Assembly: GCA_012295275.1 (NCBI GenBank)
Contig: CM022671.1
Location: forward strand, 20,398,001 to 20,462,000
Direction of reading: 5' to 3'
DNA from: Chrysomallon squamiferum
Lineage: Eukaryota; Animalia; Mollusca
Length of the DNA: 64,000 bases
Position numbers and translations under genes: made by a program. The notes under the pieces are model-generated. The model did no database searches. It was not told the DNA's origin and saw only the letters and a list, made by a program, of their open reading frames with translations. The first letter of the stretch is position 1. Each line of letters opens with the position of its first letter. Below are positions 1-12,152 of the stretch, in pieces.

Positions 1-492
1 ACTACTACTACTACTAATAGTAAGTTTAAAAGAAATGAAAAATAAAAAAATAGAAAAAATAAAACAAAACAAAACAAAAAACCCCCAATATATACATTAA
101 AAAATAAAACAGGAAAGAAAAAGATAAAACCAATAATAACATAAATCAGTAAGTAATTAATGTTTAAAAAAAACAACAAAACTAATCCTTATTTGCCACA
201 TATTAAATCTTAAATGTTACTTTTATTTTCCCATTTAAAAACCCATTATTAGTAACCAGCACTATTAGATTTTTTTTTTTTTTTAAATATTAATAATAAA
301 AATAATGATTTAGAACAAATAATTTACTACATGTCGTTCATGTTGTGGTCAAAGGGGAGTAACTCTATTTTGAAGTAATGTAAAATAAATAGAAAGACTG
401 AGTCACCAATAGCTTATTAAAATAACGATCAATACATAGATAAGTAAATTAAAACATGTTAAAATGATAATAACAAAATAATAATAATAATA

Positions 493-523
<31 letters not shown>

Positions 524-587
524 GTAGTAGTAGTAGTAGTAATAAAGAAAGAAAGATAAAAGAAAAAAGAAAAACAGTATATTTTAC

Positions 588-1666
588 CTTCTTGCTGGAG
601 AACAGGTTATTTTGGGCTAATAATGGTGGAGGTTCTGTTAAAATGCCACCAATAAAAAAATAAATAAATGACATAGCTCAGACAAGTGCATCTTGTAAAT
701 TCACTTTATTTCAAAGGAAGCAGTCTAACATCAGTTAACTGGTTTGCACGGTTGCATGAAAAATACAAAAAACTAAAATCTGCTTCACAGTGTTTAAATG
801 AGCCTTTTGAATATTATATATATATATTTTTTTTTTTTTTTTTTTTGTCAGTTCCAACAAATAACAGACTGTAATAAATAAAGAAAGTACATGTGATTTT
901 CAGTCATTCATTTGTACCATTTTATCATAATCATTAGATAGTAATTACAATATAATTTACAAGTCAGTCAGCTATAATAAATACCAACAGTATAATCATT
1001 ATTACAGTCATGATTTTCTTTTATGTATACAAATTGTCATATAGTGATGTGGATATGAAAAACTTTATACAAATATTAACTGAAACAGAAAAACAACAGC
1101 AGTGTAATGTAAGTTGGATTATTACAGATACTTAGTAACTGAATTTGTAACCTGGAAACCTCAGGTCTTTGTATTTTTGTGAGCGTAAGTAGCTAAAATT
1201 TAAAAAAGATGTCTAGAATCTTGAGGTCACAAAAAGTCCCCCCCCAAAAAAATAAAAAATAAAAACATCAACAAGAATCAAAAACACAATTTTGCCATCA
1301 TAATATTGCTTTATTTGTTTTGAATAAATTGTTCTGAGTATTTACATCTGTTCAGCTGTACAGAATTCTAATCATCGTGAAAATCCAGCTGTTAATCCAT
1401 GATAGCTTCACATCCAAAAGACAAAGGATAAATACAGAAAAAAATAAGAAAGAAAGAAAGAAAAGAAATAATAATACTAATAAATTAGAAATAATATATT
1501 TTGTTCAAATAAAAAGTTATAAAAAAATAAAATGTTAAATACTTATAGAATAAAATAAATTATAAATTATAAAAATAAACAACAATAAAAAGGCAAATAT
1601 TGATACTTTTACCAGTTAATATAGATACTTTTACCAGTTAAATAGTTACACAGCAAATGTATTCAT
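588..1666 (-). CDS. 5' part of an unidentified spliced gene continuing off the left edge; candidate selenoprotein (in-frame TGA at 1372-1374)
   Basis: ACC-ATG at 1666. Proposed GT-AG exons 1666-1650, 1405-1346, 1192-1152 and 634-588 (phases 2,2,1,0) give MNTFAVYHGLTAGFSR[TGA]LEFCTAEQIYLRSQKYKDLRFPEPPPLLAQNNLFSSKK. Acceptors have pyrimidine tracts, but two donors (gtaact, gttaca) are weak. It starts in a CpG-rich zone. Confidence 0.5.
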
Positions 1667-1679
1667 GGTATCTGACTGG

Positions 1680-2222
1680 CAGCTGAAACGTCCCCGTACT
1701 TTCAGTCAAAATAGCGAATTTCGTCGACTGATGTTGATACTTTAATTTGTTTTATTGCTGAACTATTCATTGATCTAAATGTTCGTTTTGTTTGTTCATT
1801 TTTTTGTTTAATTTTTTTTTTTTTTTTTTTTTTTGTTGTTGTTGTTGTTCTTCTTCTTCTTCTTCTTCAGTTCTTGTGTTTTGTGCGTGCGTGGTGCGTG
1901 TATTATGTGTGTGTTTCATTTTTTATTTTGTTTGTTTGTTATTTTGGAGGTGAAAGCAGTTTGAAAAAGCGCGCCTCCCGATATTTACCTAAAAAATTTA
2001 TAATCGGATATCATCGTCTCTTTCCGTCATCTTCAAGCGGGTGCTATCAAAACCCGTAGGGCCTACGTGCGGGTAGTCCTTGACAAGTTGTGCATTCCTA
2101 AGCAAATGACTTGTGTTATAGCGAAAAAACTTCCTGATGTGACATTGCGATTCTAAGCATTCTAGTTTCGTTCTTCAACTTGTTTTTTTTTTTTAATAAA
2201 AAGTCTTGAAGCCGAGTAAAGA
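1680..2222. promoter_or_regulatory. Probable bidirectional promoter/5'UTR region between the left-edge gene and the IL-17R-like gene
   Basis: Local CpG enrichment against CpG-poor flanks; two divergent start codons (1666 minus, 2223 plus); ETS-like ACTTCCTG near 2129. Confidence 0.5.
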
Positions 2223-3179
2223 ATGGGTTGGCATATACCAGCAATACTGTTGTTTGTTCATGTTGCTTGTAGCAGCGTTGTATATGACGACGAATGTGAC
2301 GTTTCTCGAAGATGTACTCAAGTGGTAAACTTTTTTTCTTTTTATTTGTTTTGCGCAGTTACATATTGGGCGTTCTATGATTCAGATATGAGCATTACTA
2401 GTTTTATTTATTTATTTTTATTTTTATTTTTTATTTTTATATATTTTTTTTCTATCTCGGTAATTAAAATATTTGTGTAACATTCATTATAAATTACAAA
2501 ACGATGTTCTTCTTTATAAACATGTTTATGACCTATTTATGCTGCCAGCCATTTTGGCTACACTGTGCCAAAAGTTGTATGCACATAAAACATAATTACA
2601 TAAAATAAAATAAAATAAAATAAAATAATAATAGTAAATTAATAAATATATAAATAAAAAGTTATAAAAATATGAAATCAAAATTCTTGTGCTTTGCAGG
2701 TTCATTCTCCATACCAAGGTAATTTTCCATGTCGAATTGGACATAAAAAAGGTAAATAATTTAAGTATAATTTTTAAACTTATTTATTTATTATCTAAAT
2801 ATTTTTTAAATTATCATTTAAAGAAAAAATAAACTTTTTGCATCCACTTCATCATTACTTTTTTCTGTCTTTCCAATTTCATATATATATTTGCAAAAAT
2901 AATGTTATTTTACTTATTCAGAAGAATGATGCATTAATTATACACATAAATTATACATTGAAATCATTAGACTTTTCATAAAATATAACCATTATGATAA
3001 TAAGTAAAAATGTGTATATTACTTTAGTAATACAATTTAAATCTGTACTTTTGTCTTACTTTTTTGTAAAAAAAAATAAAGTTAAAAAATATATTTTCCA
3101 TAATTTATAAAACTAATTCATTTTTATATATCTTTAATTATTCTTATTTTTATTTTTATTATTATTATTATTATTATTA

Positions 3180-3212
<33 letters not shown>

Positions 3213-6200
3213 TGTGGTTTTTGTTTTTAAATTTTCTAACTTTTTTTTTTTTTTCTTATACAACTTTAAAAAAAAAAAAAAAGAATGTGACAAATTACTT
3301 GAGCAGAATCAAGAATCAGTTGACACGAAGCAAGCTGATAAAGATGGCTTTGCTATGCTGTCTTCAGTTGGGGTGTATGAAAAAAGATATACAGGGCTAT
3401 CATATACCAGTCCAAGTTTTAACTTCTCCATTCAGCTGCCAACTAGCCGTGAGTGGTTACATTAACAAAAATACTGTCACTTTTTACATTAATAAAACAA
3501 TATGCCTTTTTACATTAATAAAAAAATATTCCTTTTTACATTTATAAAAATACATTTATTTTTTATAAAGAACAATTATTTTTTGCATTTACAAAAATAC
3601 TATTGTTTTTTACATTAACAAAAATACTATTACTTTTTACATTTACAAAAGTACTATTCCTTTTCACATTAATAAAATAATATTCCTTGTTCCAATTGTT
3701 AAAAATACAATATTTTTTTACATTAACAAAAATATATTTCTGTACATTTATCATATAATTGATGTGCTTCTTATACTTCTTATTTGTATGTCTATTTCCA
3801 GGGGAGAGTTTAGAGAAAATTCATGCCATAAAGTTTGACTTTAGAAGTCCAAAGGGCAATGGTGCTGATTCGTATTATTCAGATAATCCAATCTGCAGAG
3901 TCTTCAACTTCAGTAAAGCAGATTTCTCCCACTACGTGTTGCACCAACCTGTAAGTTTAATTATTATTATTTTTAATATGTTTTCCAAACTTAATCTAAT
4001 TTCATATACAGGGTAATCTATTAACCAAGTTATATGGCTTTGGCAGTCCAATTTATGCACACGAGTGTACCATTTTGACACACCTATTAATAATTCATTT
4101 TATGAACTACTGTCCTATAAGAGAAGATTTTTACATTTTTTTTTTTTTTTTTTTTTTTTTTTAATCTGTCCTAAACTTCAAGACTATTTAAAAAATATAT
4201 TACTAAGAAGGAATAAATAAAAATGATCTCCAAAAATTATATTACTAGTCCCACTTTTTAATTATAAATTTACATTTCATAACACATTTATATTTATATT
4301 TGTATCTCAAATTAAACTTCTTTTTTTATATGATATTTATTTCTTTTTTCTTTTTTTTCTTAAAGCCTGATCTTTCATATGCTTGTATTGTTGGACTTGA
4401 ATTAAATCACATTATCAGATATGTTTATCAGTTCACCATAGAAACATTTCCAGAAAAAGCTCAGCTGAACTACACAGTGGTTGCTCATAGTAAGTGGTAT
4501 CTACACATGTACTGAGTGGACATTTAGAAAAAAAAAAAAATGTTTGGTTAAGTTAAAAACTGATTAAAAACTCTTTCAATTTCAGTTTTAGGAAAGAAAA
4601 CTGTAAGTCATTTGTAAAAAAAGAAAAAAAAAATAATTCCAGTAAATAGAAACTTAAGTGTCAATTTTAGCTGCTATCAGTGTTTATATCTTGATATTTA
4701 TTAGACAAATAAATGAAGAAATGTTAATAGATTTTGATGTTAATGGTTTTTGGGTATCAAACTGATGATATGTGAAAAGAAATCTATTTGCACATAATAG
4801 GCAACTCTTACCAGTTAGCAAAGTAGGGTTTATATAAGCATCTTCTCATGGACAGAATACACATTTTAAATCAAAGATTAAAAATCCTTTGTTAAAGCTG
4901 AGAAACTGGAAAAACAAACAACTGCAAAAGTATTCTCATTATCAAATAAATAACAAATACAATTATTTATTGAAAGAAACAATTTTCCAAACTCACCAGG
5001 GCAAGTTAAAAAGTTAATAAGAAAAGATATTAATGGACAAAATTAATTAAGAAAATTTACAAAGATAAAAACACTAACCAGAAAACATTATTTTATATAT
5101 AAAAAAAGAAACTAGAAACTCTAATAGACATCAACATGCATCTATAAACATAAAACTTGAATGCATTTAAACATACATATATTAAGACTTAGATATCTAG
5201 AAATATTATTTTTCTAAATATTCAGTGTATTACTTTTATTTTCAGAATTACAAAAATTTAGAAACATGACATTGGCTGTTTCTGCAATTGCACAACGAAA
5301 AAGTGTCCATGTTGTGTTTGAACCTTCTCCACCTTCATTTAACGTTCATTCCTATGTTGTTACACTAAACAACATTGAAACAAGAGTGACCAAAACAGAG
5401 GTCAGTTTTAACAAATATTTCCTGTACTTTGCATTAAAATGCAGATTAAAAGTGTTTTTTAATCTTCAGGAAATTTTTTTTTTTCTTTAAATTTAGTTTG
5501 GTTGTTATTCTGCCATGTCATTATTTTGACAGTGATAATTTTGTTAGATTTTCTGCATTTTAAAATATAAATATTTGGTAATTGTACAAACAAGACAAAT
5601 TGCAATTGGCTTATCAGTGTCATGCAAACATTAAAATGGCCATATATGAAGTTTTAATGCTGTTGTTTATACTCACTCTTTATTTGCAAGGAAACACATT
5701 ATCTGTTGCTGTTTTAAATTTATAGGTTTTGACTGACAAACATCAACATGAATTTCTTGACTGCCCTCCTGGTGTTTATGTAGTTGTGGTAATAATTAAT
5801 TTTTATCAGTTGGTATATAATTTCATCTGACTCTTTAAATTACTGTTTAAATATTTCATAGACATGCTTTGTTTATAGGTGATGTCAAATTTTTATTTGT
5901 GCAATAATGAAATAAAACTGTCATTTTTTCTAGAGATTAAGCAACATATTATATGTTAAAAAGTGTTTAACTCTTTAATATTAAGAATTATCAAAGTAGC
6001 AGTGTCCACAATATATGAATAAAAATAATCTCTCACTTTTTCTTCTGGCTGCTACACTCAAGTTCACTTCTAGTCATTCCTTAACATTCACAAACCCACG
6101 CCCTCACTCTCCTGTATTTGATTAAAGTTTTCATCATTCAAATGCTAAGATATTTTTTGAAATTTCATGTATTTATATTTCTTCTAATATTAATATTGTC

Positions 6201-8994
6201 GAAAGAGAGGAGTAATGTTTTAGTTAATAGAATTGTATCTTTCTAAACGTTTTTTTTTTTGGAAACAGGTTCAGCCAAAAGGGACTTCCTGTCCTGATGG
6301 TGACTGCAGAGGAAGTTATTCTGAACATGTTCTGTTACAATATCCAGCATCTCCAGGTGAGAACCAATTTTCAGTATAATTTATAAGTAGGTTTCCATTA
6401 CTGAAAAATAATAAAGCTCACTAAAGCCCAATCATATTATTTTTAAGGAATGAAGCATTTCACAGACGTTCTGCAATTTTCACTATTTGTTTAAAGTCAT
6501 AAAAACCTTGTATAAACCTAAATGCCAGGAATTAAGGACAATTTTAGATTTCACAAATTGCCTTGTGTTAATTAACTCTGTTTTTCAAATTATCTTGAAA
6601 TGTATTAATATTTATCATATCACATACTGGAGCATGTTTCTTTCTGTTTTAAAGTGTATTACTCTATTTTTCAAATTATCATGAGGTGTACTAGTATTTC
6701 TCACATTGGGCAGGTGGATATTAAAATGTAATATTTGAGTTTTTTCAAATTACTATGAAATGTACTAATATTTGTCAAATCAAGTATTGGAGAATGTTTC
6801 TGTTTGTACTCAAATGTATTATGTTATTTTATTTATATATTTCCAGATTCAATTAGTTTACTTTTGAAGAAGCTTGGTGCAGCTGTGGGTGCTGTAATTG
6901 GCCTCCTTCTTGTTCTGAATGTCTTTTACTTTTACTACAGATACCATCAAATCAGTAAGCTGTTTATTTAATAATTAAAACACATAAAATCCTTAAAAAA
7001 AGAAATTTAAAATATGTATGCAGAGTTCTTGTATTTATATTCCATGTACTTGGTGCTGTTTTGTGTTTTCTCTTTTGTGTCTACTTTTGAGGATTTTTCA
7101 TGTTTTGGGGGTTATTGTTGTTGTTTTATTTCTGAATATGTTTAATGTGCTTTAGCCATAGCAGAAAATTCAATATTAATTGAAAATACTGCTTACACTT
7201 CCTGGAATCATTTATTAATCCATTTTCATAACTAATTTACTTTAGCTCAAACCAAATAATAATACTGACATAATAACAATAACAGTAATAATGAAAATAA
7301 CAACAATAATAACGACAACAACAGCAACAACAACAATTCCTGTATGGATGTATTATCAGAAGTCTTTAAAATAGTTTGCTTTTTTTTCTAAAAGTTTAAC
7401 AGAAAATAAGTCAGATCAGTTAATTTATGTTAACATACAATAATTATGATTTGCTGTCTTTGAGAAAATTTTGGTTATTGTTGTTTATTTATTTATTTTA
7501 AATTCCAGTATTTGTTTTTATTTTACAGGTCATAAAACTAGAACTGTGTTATTACTGTATACTTCAAATCACCAAACATTTGCTGACAAACTTGACAAAT
7601 TACTTGAGTCTTTAAAAATAACAACATTTAAAAGAATGTATAACAGTACTGGACAAAGAGATTCTTGTCATGAAGAAGATGGCAATTTTCAAAAGAAATG
7701 CTTGGAGGTGAACACCATTTTGATCCAGTGTTCTAGCACCGTGGCCAGACATTTCAACAGAAGAAATACAGAAATAGAGGAAGTTCCTTTACACATCAAT
7801 TCACAGTATATCTCTGCAATTGAAACCATTGAGAAAGATCCTTGTCTTTCTTCAAAAGCCATAATCATCTGCTTTGATGGTGAACACAATGAGCATATCC
7901 ACTTAAAAAACTCAACATCTTCAAGGTGGAGCATCCAGAATTTGAAAAAGATAACCTCCATTGTCGTACCTGGCAAGAAGTCATATTATTCACTTCCGAA
8001 GGATTTTCATAAATTATATTATTTCTTATCAAAACGATGGTTAAACCAGCAGGTCAAAAAATCACCTGAGTGGAGAGATTTCACTGATGTCCCAGTTATG
8101 GGAAGTGAAGGTAAAAAAAGTTATGTTTTATTATTAATAATACCCACATAATAATGATGATGATTAATATTATTATTATTATTATCTTTACAAAAAGAGA
8201 CTGATTTATTAAAGCAATAATTAAACATTTTTATCAACCATCACAAAGACATATGATAGCTTCACATATTGCAGACATAGCATCAAACATAAGATAAACA
8301 TCTAACAGCAAGTATCGTTTGCTTATAAATGCATAAATCCATATGTAACCATTTGTTCTCAGTGTCTTCACTGAATTATGTGTGTGTTTGTTTCAGTAAT
8401 ATTCATGCAGTGATTACAGCTACTAAGAAAATGTCTACTCAGAAAAATGGTTGTTTCATTGTTTTTTTTAATTTTTTTTTTTGTGTGTGTACATTTTCAG
8501 TGATCAATAACATGAGAACGGATGTACAAGTGGAGCTTCCAGATTCTGACTCATCAACAGATGCCAGTGATTCTGATGAACGAGATGAGACAAGCAGTAG
8601 TTCTAGTTCATCTTTATCAGGACCATTGCACATTCAAAATCACAATGAAACAAAACCTGAAGAACATTTGCCATCTGGGCCTCACTGTATCGGAGAGTCA
8701 AGCAACAGAAATGACGGAATTGAAGAACAAACTGCTCTGATACCACTGGTTATTAATGCAGTTATTCCACATTGTCAAAATTTTTGCCAGCATGGTGATT
8801 GCTCTTATTCAATGAATGGACATCATCACATTCCAGTTGAACATTATCATAGACAGCATTCTCATTGTCAGAATCAACATCCCCCTCACAGTCATCATCA
8901 AATTCCAGTTGATGGTTTACATCAATATTGTCATGGACAGCATTCTTATTGTCATAATCAACATCCCTCTCACATTCATCAGCAGCATGTGTAG
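2223..8994 (+). CDS. Interleukin-17 receptor-like type I membrane protein with SEFIR domain (~693 aa, 11 exons)
   Basis: Exons 2223-2324, 2700-2751, 3284-3448, 3802-3950, 4366-4489, 5246-5400, 5726-5788, 6269-6356, 6847-6954, 7529-8110, 8501-8994 are all GT-AG and phase-consistent (2082 nt). Signal peptide MGWHIPAILLFVHVACS; FnIII-like ectodomain (CRVFNFS, VVFEPSP, CPDGDC); TM LGAAVGAVIGLLLVLNVFYFYY; SEFIR-like start TVLLLYTSNH and later YSLPKDFHKLY. Confidence 0.8.
3457..3750 (+). repeat. Degenerate ~27-bp minisatellite in IL-17R-like intron 3
   Basis: About 10-11 units resembling TTTACATTAACAAAAATACTATTNNTT; explains the 9-aa periodic spurious ORF 3563-3754. Confidence 0.8.
4778..4866 (-). 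mobile_element. Degraded SINE body fragment
   Basis: Its reverse complement resembles the body of the tRNA-headed element at 18819-19003 (tgtg..tcc..tata aaa..ct..agag t.gcc); judged by eye only. Confidence 0.3.
8815..8991 (+). repeat. Coding internal duplication producing the His/Gln/Cys-rich tail
   Basis: catcatcacattccagttga / catcatcaaattccagttga and cagcattctcattgtcagaatcaacatccccctcaca / cagcattcttattgtcataatcaacatccctctcaca. Confidence 0.8.
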
Positions 8995-11199
8995 TTTGTG
9001 ACTTGTAGTTTTAGGATTAATAAGAAAATATGTTTTCATAAAGAAATCTATGAAATAGAAAAGACCAATGACTTGCCATAGCCAGCAGTTTTGTTACTAA
9101 AGACAAATTAATAATGCTAAAATGTGTAATCAAATAAAAAAAATGCTAACCTCTTGTGTAATGATGGAAAACTGCAGTAACAGTTTTTCTAAGTGTTAGG
9201 TATTTCATCTTACTGTATTTAGTTCACACATTAAGGTTCCTGCTTTCTTTTATATAGGAAGGTTCATGTAAAAGATATCATACTGCTAACTCATGTTTAG
9301 AAAGATCTGCCTCAGATAAGATAATAATAATAATAATAATAAATATATATATATACATGTATGTGTGTATGTATTTATGTGTATATGTACGTATGAATGT
9401 AGAAAAGAGCAAAAAAACTAAAAAAATATAATTAAATTATCAGAAAAAATAGGTTCAAAGAATATATTAACACATGCTCCAAAATAAAATCTCACAACTT
9501 TCATATTGTTAATATATATATATGAACTACGGTATTTATATTATAAAATGCATAAAAAGATAATAATAAATGTTAATAGCACAAAAACATCAAGGTACAT
9601 TGTGAAGTTATGGCTGATGTCAAAAACTATCCTATTTTTGAGCACTATTTATTTCTAAATTGTAATAATATGTAAAGTGGTTAAATGTCATTCACATATT
9701 TATAAAATATGCAAATGTTATGTATTTCTACAATTACTGTTTGATTAATTATATTTCAGGATCATGTATATAGTTACAAGAACTAATAATATTAGTGTCT
9801 GTGTGTACATATATATGTATGTATGTATGTGTAATATGTATATAATATTGTAGTTTGTGTATATGTGTAATTTTGTAGTTTTATTTTTTTATTTTATGTA
9901 CATACCAGTATACATAAATTTATAACAGTGTATAATATATTTATATATGTTAACCTTGCTTTTGGTGGGGGTTACGCTGGATGTCATTTTGTTTATCTTT
10001 ATTACTTGTTTTTAAAAAGTAAATTTGTAGTTTGTTTTGTTTTAAACTGTGTTTATATGTAAATGTATCCATGTGTGTAATAGATAAAACAGAAAGATAC
10101 CGATTTTGTAAAACCTTATTGTTTAAACACCATTTTTAACTGAAAATAGTAAATCATTTACTACAGTTGACTTTTTTTTTTCTTTTTACTAACAATTATG
10201 TAAACATTCAGAATTGTATTGTTTTTGTATATATTTGTAAATATTTTGCAAAATTTATTGCTGAGGTGTGAGTAGATTATTTCAAGACTAACTTATAAAC
10301 TATAGCAATATATAAAGGCGTTTTTATTTCATTTTTGCATCTATATTTTTTATTTTTGACACTTGAGAGTTTTTATTGTTTCTTTAGTTTTTGGTGAGAT
10401 TTTTTTCTACTGCAAATTTTGTTTTAGAATTACTGAAAAATTACTTGTTTAAATTATATTAATATGCAGGTATCTCAAATATTTAACATAAATCAGAATT
10501 AAGTGTTTGGTTTTCATATACATATATATGAAATTACAGATTGGTTAAAACAAGATATTTTTGTACTTTTTTATATATTTTTTGTCATCAGATGATGTTT
10601 AATATTATAAGTGTAATTATTTTCACACAGTTAGATCTTATTTTCAGATTTAATATGATTCCAGTTGGTCTGGTTTTTACTTTTAGATAAAAAAAACACG
10701 TGTGGTTTTTTAATTACAAATTTTCTTTATAAAATTTATTTTAAATAAAATTATGTTAACCAAATTTGTATTTGTTTTATGTTTCTGTTTTTTAGTGGCT
10801 TTTAAATCCCATTTGTAAATTTGAATAATAAAGAAAGTTATTGGCCAATTTGTGTGGGATAGAGAACCATTTTTGATTGAAGCATATCCAGATTAAAAGT
10901 CAGTTTCTGAAAAGGTTCCTCACAAGCCAGACAGGTTTGCTTTCATAACTATACACTTCATCAACATTTATTATGATCAACCAAAAGGAGTAAAGTGAGT
11001 TGTACACTTAATGTTTGAACAAAATAGCAAAATATTAACTTTTTTATAAATTTATAATGGTTTTGGCTTATTTGTGTTATCTCCTCTTCTATCCTTATAT
11101 ATATTTATAAATTATAAGTATTTTTATGTGCAGGTTATCATACACAAACTGACAGCCCAGATAAACAATCGTGACCATATTTATGATATTACTTTTAAA

Positions 11200-11700
11200 A
11201 CAGATTATTGATATCGTCAAGAAATTTTTTCTCTGATGCAGTTATTATTTATAATGATTGGAAGGCTTTCCGTTTTCGGATGACATTTTATTATTTTAAA
11301 AATTTTTAGTGAACTGCATGTAATTTTTTAGAATTGAAGCATATAATCAAATCGATTAAACTGGTTAACACAAGTTATCGTTCGTGGGTTAAGATGTCGC
11401 TGAAATCGGAAGTGATAAATAGAAAGAAAATTTATTTACGTTTTGTTTGACTTTCATTCTTTTTCTGAAAGGTATTTATTAACATTTAGATTTTTTAAAG
11501 ATTATGTTTGTTTTGTAGCATTTACGCTTAAATAGGATTTTAATAAACATTATACCAAAAATACATATTAAGCTGGCTTATCAGTTATAATATTTAGTAA
11601 ACACAAACGCGAAACGGGGAAATGTGACAGAACCAACTAAAAAAGTCAGAGCGCTGTGAATGTGATTATTTGATCGGTTGCTCAGTGTATATTGCTGGTA
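11200..11700 (+). promoter_or_regulatory. Probable promoter and non-coding first exon of the second SEFIR gene
   Basis: Local CpG cluster in otherwise CpG-poor DNA; ETS motif CGGAAGTG at ~11407; candidate donor AAAG|gtattt at ~11471. Confidence 0.5.
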
Positions 11701-12152
11701 ATAATTAGTTAATTTTATTCTTATATATGGCATAATTATTTATATAACGTATAAGTTATTAGGTTCTAAAACTGACACCAGCAATTCTAAACCTTAACAG
11801 ATGTGTGCATATTATTACTTTATAAAAAAGTTTATTAGTAATTCAAATTTTTTTCAATTATTTTGTTTTCAGTAATTTGTTTATTATATCTGAAAGTGAT
11901 CTGTTAATTTTTGAATATAAGTATATGTATTAGAATTATGGTTTAAGTTAAATAACAATTATTACAATTTAAAAAGTATTACTTCCCAGTAAGTACAAAT
12001 ACACAGTGTATAAATGTGTTGGTTTATATTTGTTATAATATATTAATATAATATTTCAGATGATTGATTTAAAAACTTGTCCATTTGTCTGGTGGTGAAA
12101 GAAATATTCTGGGTGTTGGCTAAGTGTGGTCAGATTGGCTGGGGCTTTCATT

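Noticed and set aside
328-364. Possible further minus-strand exon reading SYSPLTTT[TGA]TTC (or LLPFDHNMND from the AG 2 nt away)
   Set aside because: Poor pyrimidine tract, ambiguous acceptor and donor, and no way to confirm the frame within the window. A second Sec codon is not supportable.
1601-1645. Duplicated GATACTTTTACCAGTTAA offering two alternative minus-strand donors
   Set aside because: Short local duplication. It is noted as the alternative that would undermine the selenoprotein model, not called as a feature.
3563-3754. Periodic ORF (FVNVK repeats) and CRISPR-like periodicity
   Set aside because: Degenerate intronic minisatellite with no unique spacers, in eukaryotic DNA.
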